64,000 nt of DNA from an uncultured Clostridia bacterium (GTDB taxonomy: Bacteria > Bacillota > Clostridia > Christensenellales > Borkfalkiaceae): NCBI GenBank assembly GCA_947629575.1, contig CANREF010000005.1, positions 47,886-111,885 on the forward strand. Reading direction: 5' to 3'. The notes under the pieces are model-generated. The model saw only the letters and a program-made list of their open reading frames with translations, ran no database searches and was not told the origin of the DNA. The translations under genes were made by a program, and so were the position numbers. Below are positions 53,746-63,628 of this stretch, piece after piece. Each line of letters begins with the position of its first letter. Position 1 is the first letter of the stretch.

Positions 53746-55751
53746 TTTTTTCCTCCTTTTTTTTGATCCAAGGCAAGGACAGTTTCCCGTCCCGCCTGAA
53801 TTTCCGTAATTGTGTCTCCGAGAAGCACGCTGCCGTCTCTTGTCGCCAGCACCCGCAGGGTCTGTCCCTTGCGGTCGATCTCGATCCACCCGCCCTCCTT
53901 GAGCGGGAATTTTGCCGAAAAGTCTCCGAGCACCTCGAGCGCGGGCTCTAAGCGGAAGCGGTCATAGCCGTCCTCCTCCGGCCGCAGCCCCACGAGATAC
54001 CGCCCGAGAATGTATATCTGGGTCGCCCCCCACGCATGGCAGAGGCTCTTGCCGTATTTCCTGCCGTACATCGCATAGTGCTCCGCGCCGTGACGGGTGG
54101 GGTCGTACTGCTCCCAAAAGGTCGTCGCCCCGAGGGAGAGCATCCCGCAAAAGTAGGAGCGCATCTCCTCCGCTACCAATGCCTTCTGCCCGAGCTCGCA
54201 CAGCGCCGCGAATTCGTAAAACCGCATGTAGGACGTTGTGATGGGCGGGACGGTCTCGTTGAGCAGCACCCGATGCAGGATCTGCTCCTTCTCGTGCTCG
54301 CCCGCGAGCCCCGTGAGCACCGCCATGACGTTGATCTGCCGGAAAATGCGTCCGTCTGACTTTCCCTCGAGGAGGGAATGGGTGAACCCGCCCTTCTCCT
54401 CGCACCAGAACAGGCGGAAGATCTGCTCTTTGAGCGCCTCCGCACGCGCCTCGCAAGCCGCAGCCCGCTCGTCTTTGAGCAGAGCATAGACCCGTTTGGC
54501 GGCCTTCAGCGCGCCGTACAGCAAGATCTGCAAAAACGCATAGCACTCCGAATCCTTGGTGAGCGCGTCGTTCCAGTCGATGAATACCCACTCCCCGCGC
54601 GGAGAGATCAGAAGCCCGTTCTCGTCGGTGCGGGAGAGGCAGAAGTCGAGCACCTGTGTGAAGCGCCTTTGCCAGCGCCCGAGGAACTCGAGATCGCCCG
54701 TGTAGCGGTAGTAGTCGTAAAACGAGATGAGCCAGAACAGGGTGTAGTCGGTAATGGTGTTGAAATGCCGCCTGATCTCCCCCTTCCCCGCAAGCGCCAC
54801 AATGGTGCGCCGCTCCGTTTCGAGGTCGAAGAAGGAATACTTGTTGATGAGATAGCTCTGCGTTGCGTCGCCCGACCATACCCAACGATCGCGCTTGATG
54901 CCGTCGAGGAAGAACTCGCGGGTGTTGAGCGCGAAGGTGCGCAGCGCCGTTTCGAAAATGCGCGTATCCCGTTCCTCCGAGGACGAGAACCGTGCGCAGA
55001 AGGGCTGCGGACGGACCTCGCACTCCGCGTGGAAGCCGAGCTCCCCTTCCTCCTCCTGCGTAACCGCCAGATAGCGGAAGGCCTTGGCGACGGCGGTACG
55101 CCGCTCCCCACGCGAGAGATCGAGCACGTCGAGCTGCTCGCACGCTTCGGGATCTTCCGCCTCCTCCTCCGATTCTCCGTAACAAAGCCGCAATTTCCCG
55201 CGACCCCCTTCGAACACACAGAAGGCGAAGCATTCCTCACCGAGGTCATAGAGGATGTGTCCGTCTTTCCTCTCCGCCCGCACGGGATCCCTGCGGACGA
55301 CGGGAAGCGCATAGTCGTTGGGGTCTCTCTCCGCCTCCGAAAAACCGCCGCAATCGGCGGGAACATATTCCCCGTCCAAAAGCGTGCAATCCCAGTCCTT
55401 GCCCGAGGCGAGGCTCTCTCCGCACACCCTCACGGCGGGGAACTTTCCCCCGTCGCAGAACACGTGTACGGTGAGGGTGTGAAGCCCGGGGGAAAGCTCC
55501 AGCCGCCCGTTCTCGTCCCGGACGAAATTCCCGGGGCGGTCGAGCTCAAGGCTGTAGAGCCCGCTCGCACGGATGTCAAGGACCTCTTCCTTCTCCAGCG
55601 TAAAGATTTTGCTGAATTTCACGCTCGGCGAAACGCCGAAGGACTGCCAGATCGGTGGCTGCGGGATCTCGCGGAAAAACCTGCGCGCTTGCACGCGGTT
55701 GAGCGTGCGGATCTCAAATTCTCCCGGATACCAGATCCATTCTGCCTTCAT
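53742..55751 (-). CDS. GH78-like (alpha-L-rhamnosidase fold) six-hairpin glycoside hydrolase, paralogue of 45992..48058
   Basis: ORF trimmed to ATG 55751 (MKAEWIWYPGEFEIRTL), 1 nt after the upstream stop. Motifs: LDGIKRDRWVWSGDATQ and GKSLCHAWGATQIYILGRY. Confidence 0.65.
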   Translation of the reverse strand: MKAEWIWYPGEFEIRTLNRVQARRFFREIPQPPIWQSFGVSPSVKFSKIFTLEKEEVLDIRASGLYSLELDRPGNFVRDENGRLELSPGLHTLTVHVFCDGGKFPAVRVCGESLASGKDWDCTLLDGEYVPADCGGFSEAERDPNDYALPVVRRDPVRAERKDGHILYDLGEECFAFCVFEGGRGKLRLCYGESEEEAEDPEACEQLDVLDLSRGERRTAVAKAFRYLAVTQEEEGELGFHAECEVRPQPFCARFSSSEERDTRIFETALRTFALNTREFFLDGIKRDRWVWSGDATQSYLINKYSFFDLETERRTIVALAGKGEIRRHFNTITDYTLFWLISFYDYYRYTGDLEFLGRWQRRFTQVLDFCLSRTDENGLLISPRGEWVFIDWNDALTKDSECYAFLQILLYGALKAAKRVYALLKDERAAACEARAEALKEQIFRLFWCEEKGGFTHSLLEGKSDGRIFRQINVMAVLTGLAGEHEKEQILHRVLLNETVPPITTSYMRFYEFAALCELGQKALVAEEMRSYFCGMLSLGATTFWEQYDPTRHGAEHYAMYGRKYGKSLCHAWGATQIYILGRYLVGLRPEEDGYDRFRLEPALEVLGDFSAKFPLKEGGWIEIDRKGQTLRVLATRDGSVLLGDTITEIQAGRETVLALDQKKGGKK

Positions 55752-55752
55752 A

Positions 55753-57591
55753 TCATTCGATGACGGCATAGGCCGCGCCGTTTGCAAGCTCCTTCAGATT
55801 TGCGACGAAATATCCGTCCTTTGCCGCAACGGTCGTCGTGCCGATGCGGTTATCGTAAGCGTCATAGAGCGTTACGGTCGCGCTGCCCTTGCCCGAGGCG
55901 TCCTTGACCGTAAGGCACAGGGCGAGTTCCTTCTCCCCCTCCACGACGACCCGTCCGTTTCTCCAGACGGTGAGGGTGTATTTCTCCCCGCCATAGACGA
56001 GATCCTGCACCCCCATGTAGCGGTAACCGTCGGGGATGTTAGGGTCGAGCTTCAGCCCGGCAGCGTCGAGCCCGACGCCGAGGAAGCCATAGAGGTACGC
56101 GGTGGGCACGAGCCCGCTCTCGGGGAATTCCCCGATGAAGCCGAGCACATCCCGTCCGCCCGAAACGGGGTTGGTGGGATCCCGCTTCAGCTCGTCTTTT
56201 GCATACTCCCTTGCGAGGGTGAGCATCCGCTCATAGCCGTTCTGCGCGCCCAAATAGCGGATGCGTCCCATGAGATCGTAAAATTCGGTATACAGGATAG
56301 CGCCGCCGTTCTCGACATGGTAGCCGTAAATGCCGTTGCCCGAGAGCGCCTGGCCGCCGTTGTTATCGTGCCACCAATATTTGTTCGACCCGTTGTTCTG
56401 GTCCGCCACCGCGCCATAGTCGACGGTGTTGGAACGGGGCGCGGCGATAAATTCGTAAATATCCTCGCCCGTGGAGGTATCTCCCTCCACGATGCGCCTG
56501 CCGTCCAGCCAATCGTAAATACGTTTTACTTGCTCTTCGGAGGCGAGCCCATAGGTGACCGCCTCGGTGTTGAGGAAGGTGATCCCATAGTCGCGCACCG
56601 TCCCGTTGATGTCCACCGTGCCGACATACCTGCCCGTCGCTTCGTTCCAGAACGTCTCGTTGTACTTCTTCTTGACCGTTTCCGCAAGCGCGGCGTATTT
56701 TGCGGACTGCTCCGCATTCCCGCGCTTTGCTTCCATCTCGGTGAGACAATTTAACATGTTGTAAAAGAGCATGTTCTCGTAAGCGTCCTTATAGCCGAAG
56801 GGGATGTTGTCCCAATAATTGCAGCTATAACTGTCCGTCGTGCCGAGATTGAGCCCGTCGTTGACCGTCTTGTCGATGATGATCAGTCCATCTTCTCCGT
56901 GGAGCTTGGTCATGACATATTCGACGGCAAGGTCGAATTTTTCCCCGACGGTCATGCCCTTTGTGACATCCTCCGCAAGGTGGAAGTCTCCCTCGCCCGA
57001 TTCCGCGCGGCTGTCGTTGGAAGGATCCACCTCGTCGAGGAGGGCAAAGGAATTCTCCCACGCACAATAATTCCAAACGGCGATGATGTAGCGGAAGTTG
57101 TTGTCGTAATGATAGTTGTGGTGCGAATCCTTATACCCAATGTCGGGCCAGTGCGGGGTATCGTACGACCAGACATAGCCGTCCGCACTCATGGGCGCGT
57201 CTATGACATAATTGCGCCAGATCTGCTTGGTGCTCTCGTTGTCCGACCAATTGCGGGTGAGCACGATCCACTCGTACCATGCGGGACACCAGCCCACGCC
57301 CATGCCCACGAATTCCTGGTTGTCATAGGTGAGATAGCCGTACGACATATACATCGCGTTGGCGAAATAGGTCACCGCGTCCGCCTTGTCCGAGAAGAAG
57401 GGAGCGGAGAGATGCTCGGCGTCGAATACGTTCCTCCCCTCTGCGCTCCGCCAGTTGAGCTCGCTCGCGAGCAGGATATCGGACGTCTCCCCCGAGGGGC
57501 CCTCCTCTCCGCAGCCCGCGACGCCCAGCAGACAGACGCACGCCAGCGACAGCGAGAGCCATTTCCATTTATTTGCCGATGCTTTCTTCAT
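55753..57591 (-). CDS. lipoprotein with an unassigned (alpha/alpha)6-like glycosidase-like domain
   Basis: 612 aa. Lipobox CLLGVAGC. Paralogous to the C-terminal part of 37002..39563 (WLDGRRIVEGDTSTGEDIY, NYWDNIPFGYKDAYENMLFY, GEFPESGLVPTAY). Confidence 0.7.
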   Translation of the reverse strand: MKKASANKWKWLSLSLACVCLLGVAGCGEEGPSGETSDILLASELNWRSAEGRNVFDAEHLSAPFFSDKADAVTYFANAMYMSYGYLTYDNQEFVGMGVGWCPAWYEWIVLTRNWSDNESTKQIWRNYVIDAPMSADGYVWSYDTPHWPDIGYKDSHHNYHYDNNFRYIIAVWNYCAWENSFALLDEVDPSNDSRAESGEGDFHLAEDVTKGMTVGEKFDLAVEYVMTKLHGEDGLIIIDKTVNDGLNLGTTDSYSCNYWDNIPFGYKDAYENMLFYNMLNCLTEMEAKRGNAEQSAKYAALAETVKKKYNETFWNEATGRYVGTVDINGTVRDYGITFLNTEAVTYGLASEEQVKRIYDWLDGRRIVEGDTSTGEDIYEFIAAPRSNTVDYGAVADQNNGSNKYWWHDNNGGQALSGNGIYGYHVENGGAILYTEFYDLMGRIRYLGAQNGYERMLTLAREYAKDELKRDPTNPVSGGRDVLGFIGEFPESGLVPTAYLYGFLGVGLDAAGLKLDPNIPDGYRYMGVQDLVYGGEKYTLTVWRNGRVVVEGEKELALCLTVKDASGKGSATVTLYDAYDNRIGTTTVAAKDGYFVANLKELANGAAYAVIE

Positions 57592-60277
57592 TATCCTTTT
57601 CCTCCGGATCTCTTTTTTTTCTGCGGACGGTCAGCGCGCCCGCACCCACCGCCGCAAGGACGACGACACCCATGCCCGCCGCCGCGCCGCAGCCCTTCTC
57701 TACTGCAGCCTCCTCCGTGCCGATGGAGAACGCCACACGCTTTTGCACGCTCTTGCTGCCGTCGCTCGCGGTGAAGGTGACAAAGAGCAATTCGGGCGCC
57801 TCCGTCCGATAGGTCCAGACGCCGTCCGTGATAGTGCCCTTCGTAGCGAAGAACACGAGCTGATCGCCGTCGGCGTCCTTAAAGAGCTTGGTGAGCTCGA
57901 CGGTGAGGGTAGAGCCGACGGCATAGTCCGCGCCGACGATCTCGGAGAGCGCCTCCGCATCCACCTGCGGGGCTGCATTCGCAGCGCCCGCCGTGAGCTG
58001 CTCGATGACGTATCCTGTATTGGTGACCGTTCCGCCCGACTGCGGCTGCTCCCAAACCTGCAGGTAGCCCACGCCGCCCTCATAGTACGGCGCAAGCGAC
58101 TTGAGATAATCGTCTACCTTCTTGCCGTCGCTGCTCGTCTTGTTCTCGAAGATCTCTTTGCCGTTGACCTTGATTCCCCACGTCCCGCGGACCCGTGCGA
58201 CGGAAAACCGTGTTTCTCTGAACCAGCAGAAATTCTCCACGTTCGCACTGAGCTTGATGGGCTCTTCGTGCGTGTCCTCGGTGTCGGGAGTGTAGACCAT
58301 GAGCTGCACCAGGGCCTCATCCTCCCCGAAGGAGGGATCCCACTGGATGCGGAACACGATGCTGTAAGTGCCTGCGTACCAATCGGCGCCGCCATAGAGG
58401 GAGGTCATGGCGAACATGACGGCGCTCGCGTCCTCGCCGTGAGCAGCTCTGAGCGTCATCCCGAAGCCGTTCAGCGGGAGCTCGAGGTCGCTCTTGACGG
58501 TATAAGGAGTACCGTAATCGGGCGTCCAGCCCGCAAGCTCTCCCTCCTCCGTGAGCGTCCAGCGGGGAGCGCTGAGCACAGGCCCTTGCGCAAAGTTTGC
58601 ATGAGGGGAACCCGTTCCGCCCGCGGGAAGCCCGTACTGGATCCCGACAAGGGTCACCGTCGCCGCGCCTCCGAGGTTTTCGCATTGATAGAATGCGCAG
58701 CCGCCCTCAAAACCCGCAAGCGCGGCATCAAGCGCTTCGTCCGCGTCCGTTTCGATCACGCCGTCGTTGATATTGATGATCCATTTCCCTTCCCGTCTGC
58801 CGAGATAGACATAGTTGGTGGAATAGCTCTCGTCCGCCGTCCAGTTGAACATGACGGAATTGTATTGCCCGAGCTGCTTCTCCCCGTCATAGAGGGTGAT
58901 ATCTGTGGAGACGATCTCTCCCCCATCCCGCACGGGCCGGAGCTCGAGAGAAAGGGAGCGTGCCGCTTGAGTGTACCATGCGTTCTTTTCGGAGGAGAGG
59001 ATGAGACGCAGCCCATCGCTCTCCTCGGCATCCGCACGGAGGGCAACGCCGAAGCGGTCCACCCAGACCGTGCGGTCGGTAATGAGGCGGAAGGCGTCTT
59101 CTCCCGAATAGACGACCCCGTATTCGTCACGGGAGGCCATGCCCTCTGTATCCGCCATGAAGCCCTCTCCCACGGAGGAGAATTCCTCGAATTCCACCGT
59201 ATAGGGGAGCGGGATGGACATGTCGTCGATGACCTCCGCCCAGGAGGCGGCCTTCCCGGAACGGGCGGGATAGGAGGGATAGAGGCAGGCGACGAGGTTA
59301 TAGGCGTCTGCCGTTGTAAAATCTTTCCCGCCGTTGACCCACTTACGGTTTTCGTTGATCTCGTATTCACCTCCTGTGTTCTCCCAGACCCAGATGGGCG
59401 TGCACCAGAGATGCACGGGGGCGTCGATCGCCTCATAGACGGGCTGACGGACCCCCGCCTGCCCGTGGTGCGCCATCTGCACGATGTCGCTCTTGAGGCC
59501 TTCTCCGTACTTTTGCAGCAGGCGTGCGCCGCCCGCCGAACCCAGATCGCCGAGGAAGAGGACGCTCTGCCCGCCGACCCAGGCGCGCATGACGAGCGAA
59601 TTGTTGTTGATGTCCGTATTGTCCGTCGCGGCATAGGTCTGCATGATCTCGAGACGGACGCCGTCGATATTGAGCTCAAGCCCCTCCTCAATGGCGGCCG
59701 CGTTGATGACAGCACCGTTGAGAGCGTCGTAATAATGCTCCTCCGTGTAGGAGATCTCATTTACCTCGGCGTATCGATCCAGCCCCGTCTTGAGGAATTC
59801 GAGCCTCTCCCTGTCGTTGGTGTCCGAGGGATAGGCCGCAGACCCGAAATCGGGGAAGTCGAAATAGAAGTGATTGATCTTATAATTGGAATCCGCAGAA
59901 TACTCGTTGAGCATCTTGGCGAGCTCATTGAAGTGATCTTTGTGCGCATGGGTGAGGAACCACGCCTCGACCTCGAAAGCCTCCCCGTCCTTGACGCCCG
60001 CGATGGCGCGAAGGGCGGCGGGGAGATAGGGAGCTCTGTCAAGTCCGTCCCCGTCGATCCCGCCGTCGATGACGATGAGCTTTCCGTTCTGCGTACGGAT
60101 GACGTTGGACTGCATGAGGCTCCGCTTTTCGGGCGCGAGCTGATAGAGCCGCACGCCGCCCTCTGCCGAGACCTCCTCCTTTTGCGGCGCCGTCAATGCG
60201 GCGGCGGCAAACAGTGAGCATACTGCCATAGATACCCCCATGAGCCAAGCAAAGCCTTTTTTCTTGCTGCCTTTCAT
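57569..60277 (-). CDS. membrane-anchored extracellular MBL-fold metallo-hydrolase with beta-sandwich and cadherin-like modules
   Basis: 902 aa with a signal peptide. MBL motifs: LIVIDGGIDGDG, FLTHAHKDH (HxHxDH) and VQMAHHGQ. Tail: KGCGAAAGMGVVVLAAVGAGALTVRRKKRDPEE…. It overlaps the next gene start by 23 nt. Confidence 0.75.
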   Translation of the reverse strand: MKGSKKKGFAWLMGVSMAVCSLFAAAALTAPQKEEVSAEGGVRLYQLAPEKRSLMQSNVIRTQNGKLIVIDGGIDGDGLDRAPYLPAALRAIAGVKDGEAFEVEAWFLTHAHKDHFNELAKMLNEYSADSNYKINHFYFDFPDFGSAAYPSDTNDRERLEFLKTGLDRYAEVNEISYTEEHYYDALNGAVINAAAIEEGLELNIDGVRLEIMQTYAATDNTDINNNSLVMRAWVGGQSVLFLGDLGSAGGARLLQKYGEGLKSDIVQMAHHGQAGVRQPVYEAIDAPVHLWCTPIWVWENTGGEYEINENRKWVNGGKDFTTADAYNLVACLYPSYPARSGKAASWAEVIDDMSIPLPYTVEFEEFSSVGEGFMADTEGMASRDEYGVVYSGEDAFRLITDRTVWVDRFGVALRADAEESDGLRLILSSEKNAWYTQAARSLSLELRPVRDGGEIVSTDITLYDGEKQLGQYNSVMFNWTADESYSTNYVYLGRREGKWIININDGVIETDADEALDAALAGFEGGCAFYQCENLGGAATVTLVGIQYGLPAGGTGSPHANFAQGPVLSAPRWTLTEEGELAGWTPDYGTPYTVKSDLELPLNGFGMTLRAAHGEDASAVMFAMTSLYGGADWYAGTYSIVFRIQWDPSFGEDEALVQLMVYTPDTEDTHEEPIKLSANVENFCWFRETRFSVARVRGTWGIKVNGKEIFENKTSSDGKKVDDYLKSLAPYYEGGVGYLQVWEQPQSGGTVTNTGYVIEQLTAGAANAAPQVDAEALSEIVGADYAVGSTLTVELTKLFKDADGDQLVFFATKGTITDGVWTYRTEAPELLFVTFTASDGSKSVQKRVAFSIGTEEAAVEKGCGAAAGMGVVVLAAVGAGALTVRRKKRDPEEKDNEESIGK

Positions 60278-60294
60278 TCTTATCTCCTTATTGA

Positions 60295-61227
60295 TCAGTC
60301 TTTGAGTCCCGTCATGACGACGCCCTCGATGAGCTGCCGCTGAAACACGAGGAAGAGCACGGCGATGGGAAGTACCGTGATCACCCCCGTCGCCATCTGG
60401 ACATTGGGATAGATGTCCGTCGTGCCCCGGATCAGGAACTTATAGTAAATGCCGAGCGCGAGCGTCTGCCATTTCTTGGAAGAGAACGTGTTGCCGATGT
60501 AGACGAGCGCGGAATCGAAATCCCGCCAGTTCGACATGAATGTGTTGATGACGATGTAGATGACGATGGGCTTGAGAAGCGGGAACACGATCCTCCAAAA
60601 AATGGTGAACTTCCCCGCTCCGTCGATGGTTGCCGCCTCGTCCATTTCCTTGGGGATGGAGCGCACGAACTGCCGCGCCAAAAAGATATTGAGCGCGCCG
60701 CCGCCGAAGATCCCCGGGACAATGAGGGGCGCGAGCGTCCCCGTGAGCCCGAACCGCCGAAACATGACATACACGGGGACCTGCGTCACCGCGCCGGGAA
60801 GCATGATGGTAGACAGCGCCACCGTGAACCAGAAGCCCTTGCTCTTGAATTTCCCCCGCGCGAAGCCGTAACCGCACAGACATGCCGCAAGGGGAATGAT
60901 GACCATATTGCACACGACCACGATGAGCGTGTTGCGGAAATAGCGCAAGAATTCCACGTCGAACACCGCGCCGTAATTCTTGAGGAAATGCCATTCCTGC
61001 GGGAAGAAGTGGACGCCCATGGACCCGTAAGACTCGAGGTCCCCCATCACGCTCTTGAAGAACATGAAGAGGAAGGGGAACAGGAAGAAGAGCGCCAGCA
61101 GACACAAAAGGCAATACGTGAGCCCCTTTTTTACCAGTTTTAAGCCCCTTGCCCTGTTTGCGGTCAAATACAGGCGGCAATTCGTGAGTGCCTTCCGTAT
61201 GCGTTTGAAGATGCTTGCCTTTTCCAT
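60295..61227 (-). CDS. carbohydrate ABC transporter permease (MalG type)
   Basis: ORF trimmed to ATG 61227 (MEKASIFKRIRK…). EAA-loop DEAATIDGAGKFTIFWRIVFPLLKP. 310 aa. Confidence 0.88.
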   Translation of the reverse strand: MEKASIFKRIRKALTNCRLYLTANRARGLKLVKKGLTYCLLCLLALFFLFPFLFMFFKSVMGDLESYGSMGVHFFPQEWHFLKNYGAVFDVEFLRYFRNTLIVVVCNMVIIPLAACLCGYGFARGKFKSKGFWFTVALSTIMLPGAVTQVPVYVMFRRFGLTGTLAPLIVPGIFGGGALNIFLARQFVRSIPKEMDEAATIDGAGKFTIFWRIVFPLLKPIVIYIVINTFMSNWRDFDSALVYIGNTFSSKKWQTLALGIYYKFLIRGTTDIYPNVQMATGVITVLPIAVLFLVFQRQLIEGVVMTGLKD

Positions 61228-61231
61228 GATC

Positions 61232-62224
61232 TCACTCTCCGTCTCCGTAATACACCCACTTGTTCGTGCGGAAAATGAGTGCGGTGAGCGCGGCGATGAT
61301 GACGAACAGAAACCAGGCGAGCGCACATGCATAACCCATGTTCCAATCGGCAAACGCCGTGCCATAGATCTTATAGGCATAGAAGAGCAGAGCGTTGTCC
61401 GGGCCCGCGCCGTTCTGTCCCATCAAGGTCATGACGGGTCCGTACAGCTGAAGAGCCCCGATGATGCCCGTGATGAGGTTATAGAAGAGGATGGGCGTGC
61501 ACATGGGCACGATGATCTTCCACAGACGGCGAAGAGGGCCTGCCCCGTCGAGCTTTGCCGATTCGATGAGGGATTGCGGCACGTTTTTGAGCGCGGAGAG
61601 CCACAGGATCATGGACGCGCCCAACGTCCACAGCTGCATCGCCATAAAAGTCGGCAGCGCCGTTTGGGCCGAGGTCAGGAAGCGACTCTCCGGTAGGCGG
61701 AGCGAGGCCAGGATGTTGTTGGCGAGCCCGAAGCGTGCGTCGAAGAAATCCGCCCACAAAAGACCGGAAATGGTCGTGGGGATGATGACGGGCAGATAAT
61801 AGATGACGCGAAAGACTCCGATCCCCTTCACCTGGCTGTTGAGAAGCAGCGCCACCAAAAAGGAGAGGACGAGCGAGAGCGGCACGACCACGATGGCATA
61901 GGTGAAAGTAACGCGCAACGCGATCCATACCTCACTATCCAACGTGAACAGCTTCTTGTAATTGAATACTCCGAAGTTCAAAAAGCCGTTCACATAAAAG
62001 GAGGGCATGTTCGTCGTTCCCGTATAAGTCTTGAAGAAGCTGTAATACAGGGAGATGACCATGGGATAGAAGGAGAAGATCAGCACCCCCAATACCACGG
62101 GCAAAATGAAGGCAAACCAGCCCAGCCGGTCCAGAAGGCTGCGGCGCTTCAGCTGCGTTTTGTTCCTCCTGCCGGCGGGAGGCGCCTGCTCCTCCGCAAC
62201 GATACTTGCGATCTGTTCGGTCAT
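61232..62224 (-). CDS. carbohydrate ABC transporter permease (MalF/UgpA type)
   Basis: 330 aa. EAA-loop IESAKLDGAGPLRRLWKIIVPMCTP. Confidence 0.88.
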   Translation of the reverse strand: MTEQIASIVAEEQAPPAGRRNKTQLKRRSLLDRLGWFAFILPVVLGVLIFSFYPMVISLYYSFFKTYTGTTNMPSFYVNGFLNFGVFNYKKLFTLDSEVWIALRVTFTYAIVVVPLSLVLSFLVALLLNSQVKGIGVFRVIYYLPVIIPTTISGLLWADFFDARFGLANNILASLRLPESRFLTSAQTALPTFMAMQLWTLGASMILWLSALKNVPQSLIESAKLDGAGPLRRLWKIIVPMCTPILFYNLITGIIGALQLYGPVMTLMGQNGAGPDNALLFYAYKIYGTAFADWNMGYACALAWFLFVIIAALTALIFRTNKWVYYGDGE

Positions 62225-62237
62225 ATCCGGCCCTCTC

Positions 62238-63614
62238 TTATACGAAATATTCGGGATAGTCGCGCTTGATCTGGTCGATGTTCTGTGCGAGGAGCGTGTA
62301 TCCCTGCTCGAAGCTCTTCTTGCCGTCGCACACGAGCTTCAGGAAATTATTGTAGAAACCCTTGTAGGGCGAGCGGGCGAGCGCGGGCAGGTTGCCGAAC
62401 CAATCCGCAATGACATCCCGTTCGCTGTACGAGAGCAGGGCGTCGATGTTGATATCGTTCCCCTTGCCGTTCTTCATGCCGCGCCATGCGGCGTTTTTGT
62501 CCTCGGCAAGCGCGGTGAGCACGGGCACGAGCCCCGTTCCCGTCGTGAGGACCGTCTGCCCCTCCTCGCTCATCAAATAGTTGAGAAACGCCCAGGCGAT
62601 GTTCTTGTTCCCTGACCCGTTGGCGATCGCATACCCGCTGGTGCCGGAGGGAGCTTTGGGGGTATTTCCGATCGCGGGGAAGGAGATGACGTCATAGTTG
62701 ATCTGCCCGAGGTTGAAGCCCTGCATAGCGGGCGCGACCCCGAACGCCATCGCCGCGACGCCCGTCTGGAAATGGGACGGCGAATAGTTGTCGCTGTCGA
62801 GCGAATAGCCCGACTTGATGAGATCCCGTGCGGCCGTCATGCCCTTTTGCCAATTCGCATATGTGGGGCTACCCTTGTCGACGAGGGTGAAGTCGTCCTT
62901 CAGAAGGCAGTCGACCCCATAGGAGGAGACGATGCCCCAGTTGAGAATGTCGTACGACATGCTGCCCTCGACGGGGACATAGTTCTTATAGTCAGCGCCG
63001 CCCGCCGCCATCGCGGTCTTGATCTCTTCGCACTTCGCAAGAAAGGCCTCCCACGTCCAGGGCGACTCCTCCGTATCAACGGGATAGCTGACGTTCAGAC
63101 GATCGAAGAGATCCTTGTTGTAGAAGAGCACGATGCGGCTGTAATCGCGCGGCATCATGTACTGCTTCTTGCTGACCGTGTCCTTCCCGAGGTCCATCAT
63201 GGACGGAAAGTATTTGGACGTATCAAACTCCTGCGCCTCGAGATAGGGATCGAGCTCGGTCAAAACTCCCTGAGAGGCAAAGAAGGAGACGTTCTCCCCG
63301 ATGACAGACATGATGTCCACCTGGTCGCCCGAACGGATGTAGCTGATGACGTCCCCGTTCTGGATGACCTCGATGGAGACGTTGGGGAAATGGGTCTGAA
63401 AGCCCTTCGCCGCATCCTCGAGCAGCTTCTTTTCGAAGCTGTCCACATCCACTACAGCGATGAGATGCGCCTCGGTGTTCGGGTCGAGCGCGACGTCCAC
63501 GGGCTGGTAGCCACCGCCGTTCCCGCCGCCTCCGAACCCGTCACAGGCGGAGGCGCCCATGACGCAACTGACGGCCAGCAGAATGATTGCCAATTTTTGT
63601 AACAGCTTTCTCAT
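62238..63614 (-). CDS. ABC transporter sugar-binding lipoprotein (family 1 solute-binding protein)
   Basis: 458 aa. Lipobox LLAVSCVMGASAC followed by a Gly-rich linker. Confidence 0.85.
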   Translation of the reverse strand: MRKLLQKLAIILLAVSCVMGASACDGFGGGGNGGGYQPVDVALDPNTEAHLIAVVDVDSFEKKLLEDAAKGFQTHFPNVSIEVIQNGDVISYIRSGDQVDIMSVIGENVSFFASQGVLTELDPYLEAQEFDTSKYFPSMMDLGKDTVSKKQYMMPRDYSRIVLFYNKDLFDRLNVSYPVDTEESPWTWEAFLAKCEEIKTAMAAGGADYKNYVPVEGSMSYDILNWGIVSSYGVDCLLKDDFTLVDKGSPTYANWQKGMTAARDLIKSGYSLDSDNYSPSHFQTGVAAMAFGVAPAMQGFNLGQINYDVISFPAIGNTPKAPSGTSGYAIANGSGNKNIAWAFLNYLMSEEGQTVLTTGTGLVPVLTALAEDKNAAWRGMKNGKGNDINIDALLSYSERDVIADWFGNLPALARSPYKGFYNNFLKLVCDGKKSFEQGYTLLAQNIDQIKRDYPEYFV

Positions 63615-63628
63615 AATCGATTCCTCCT

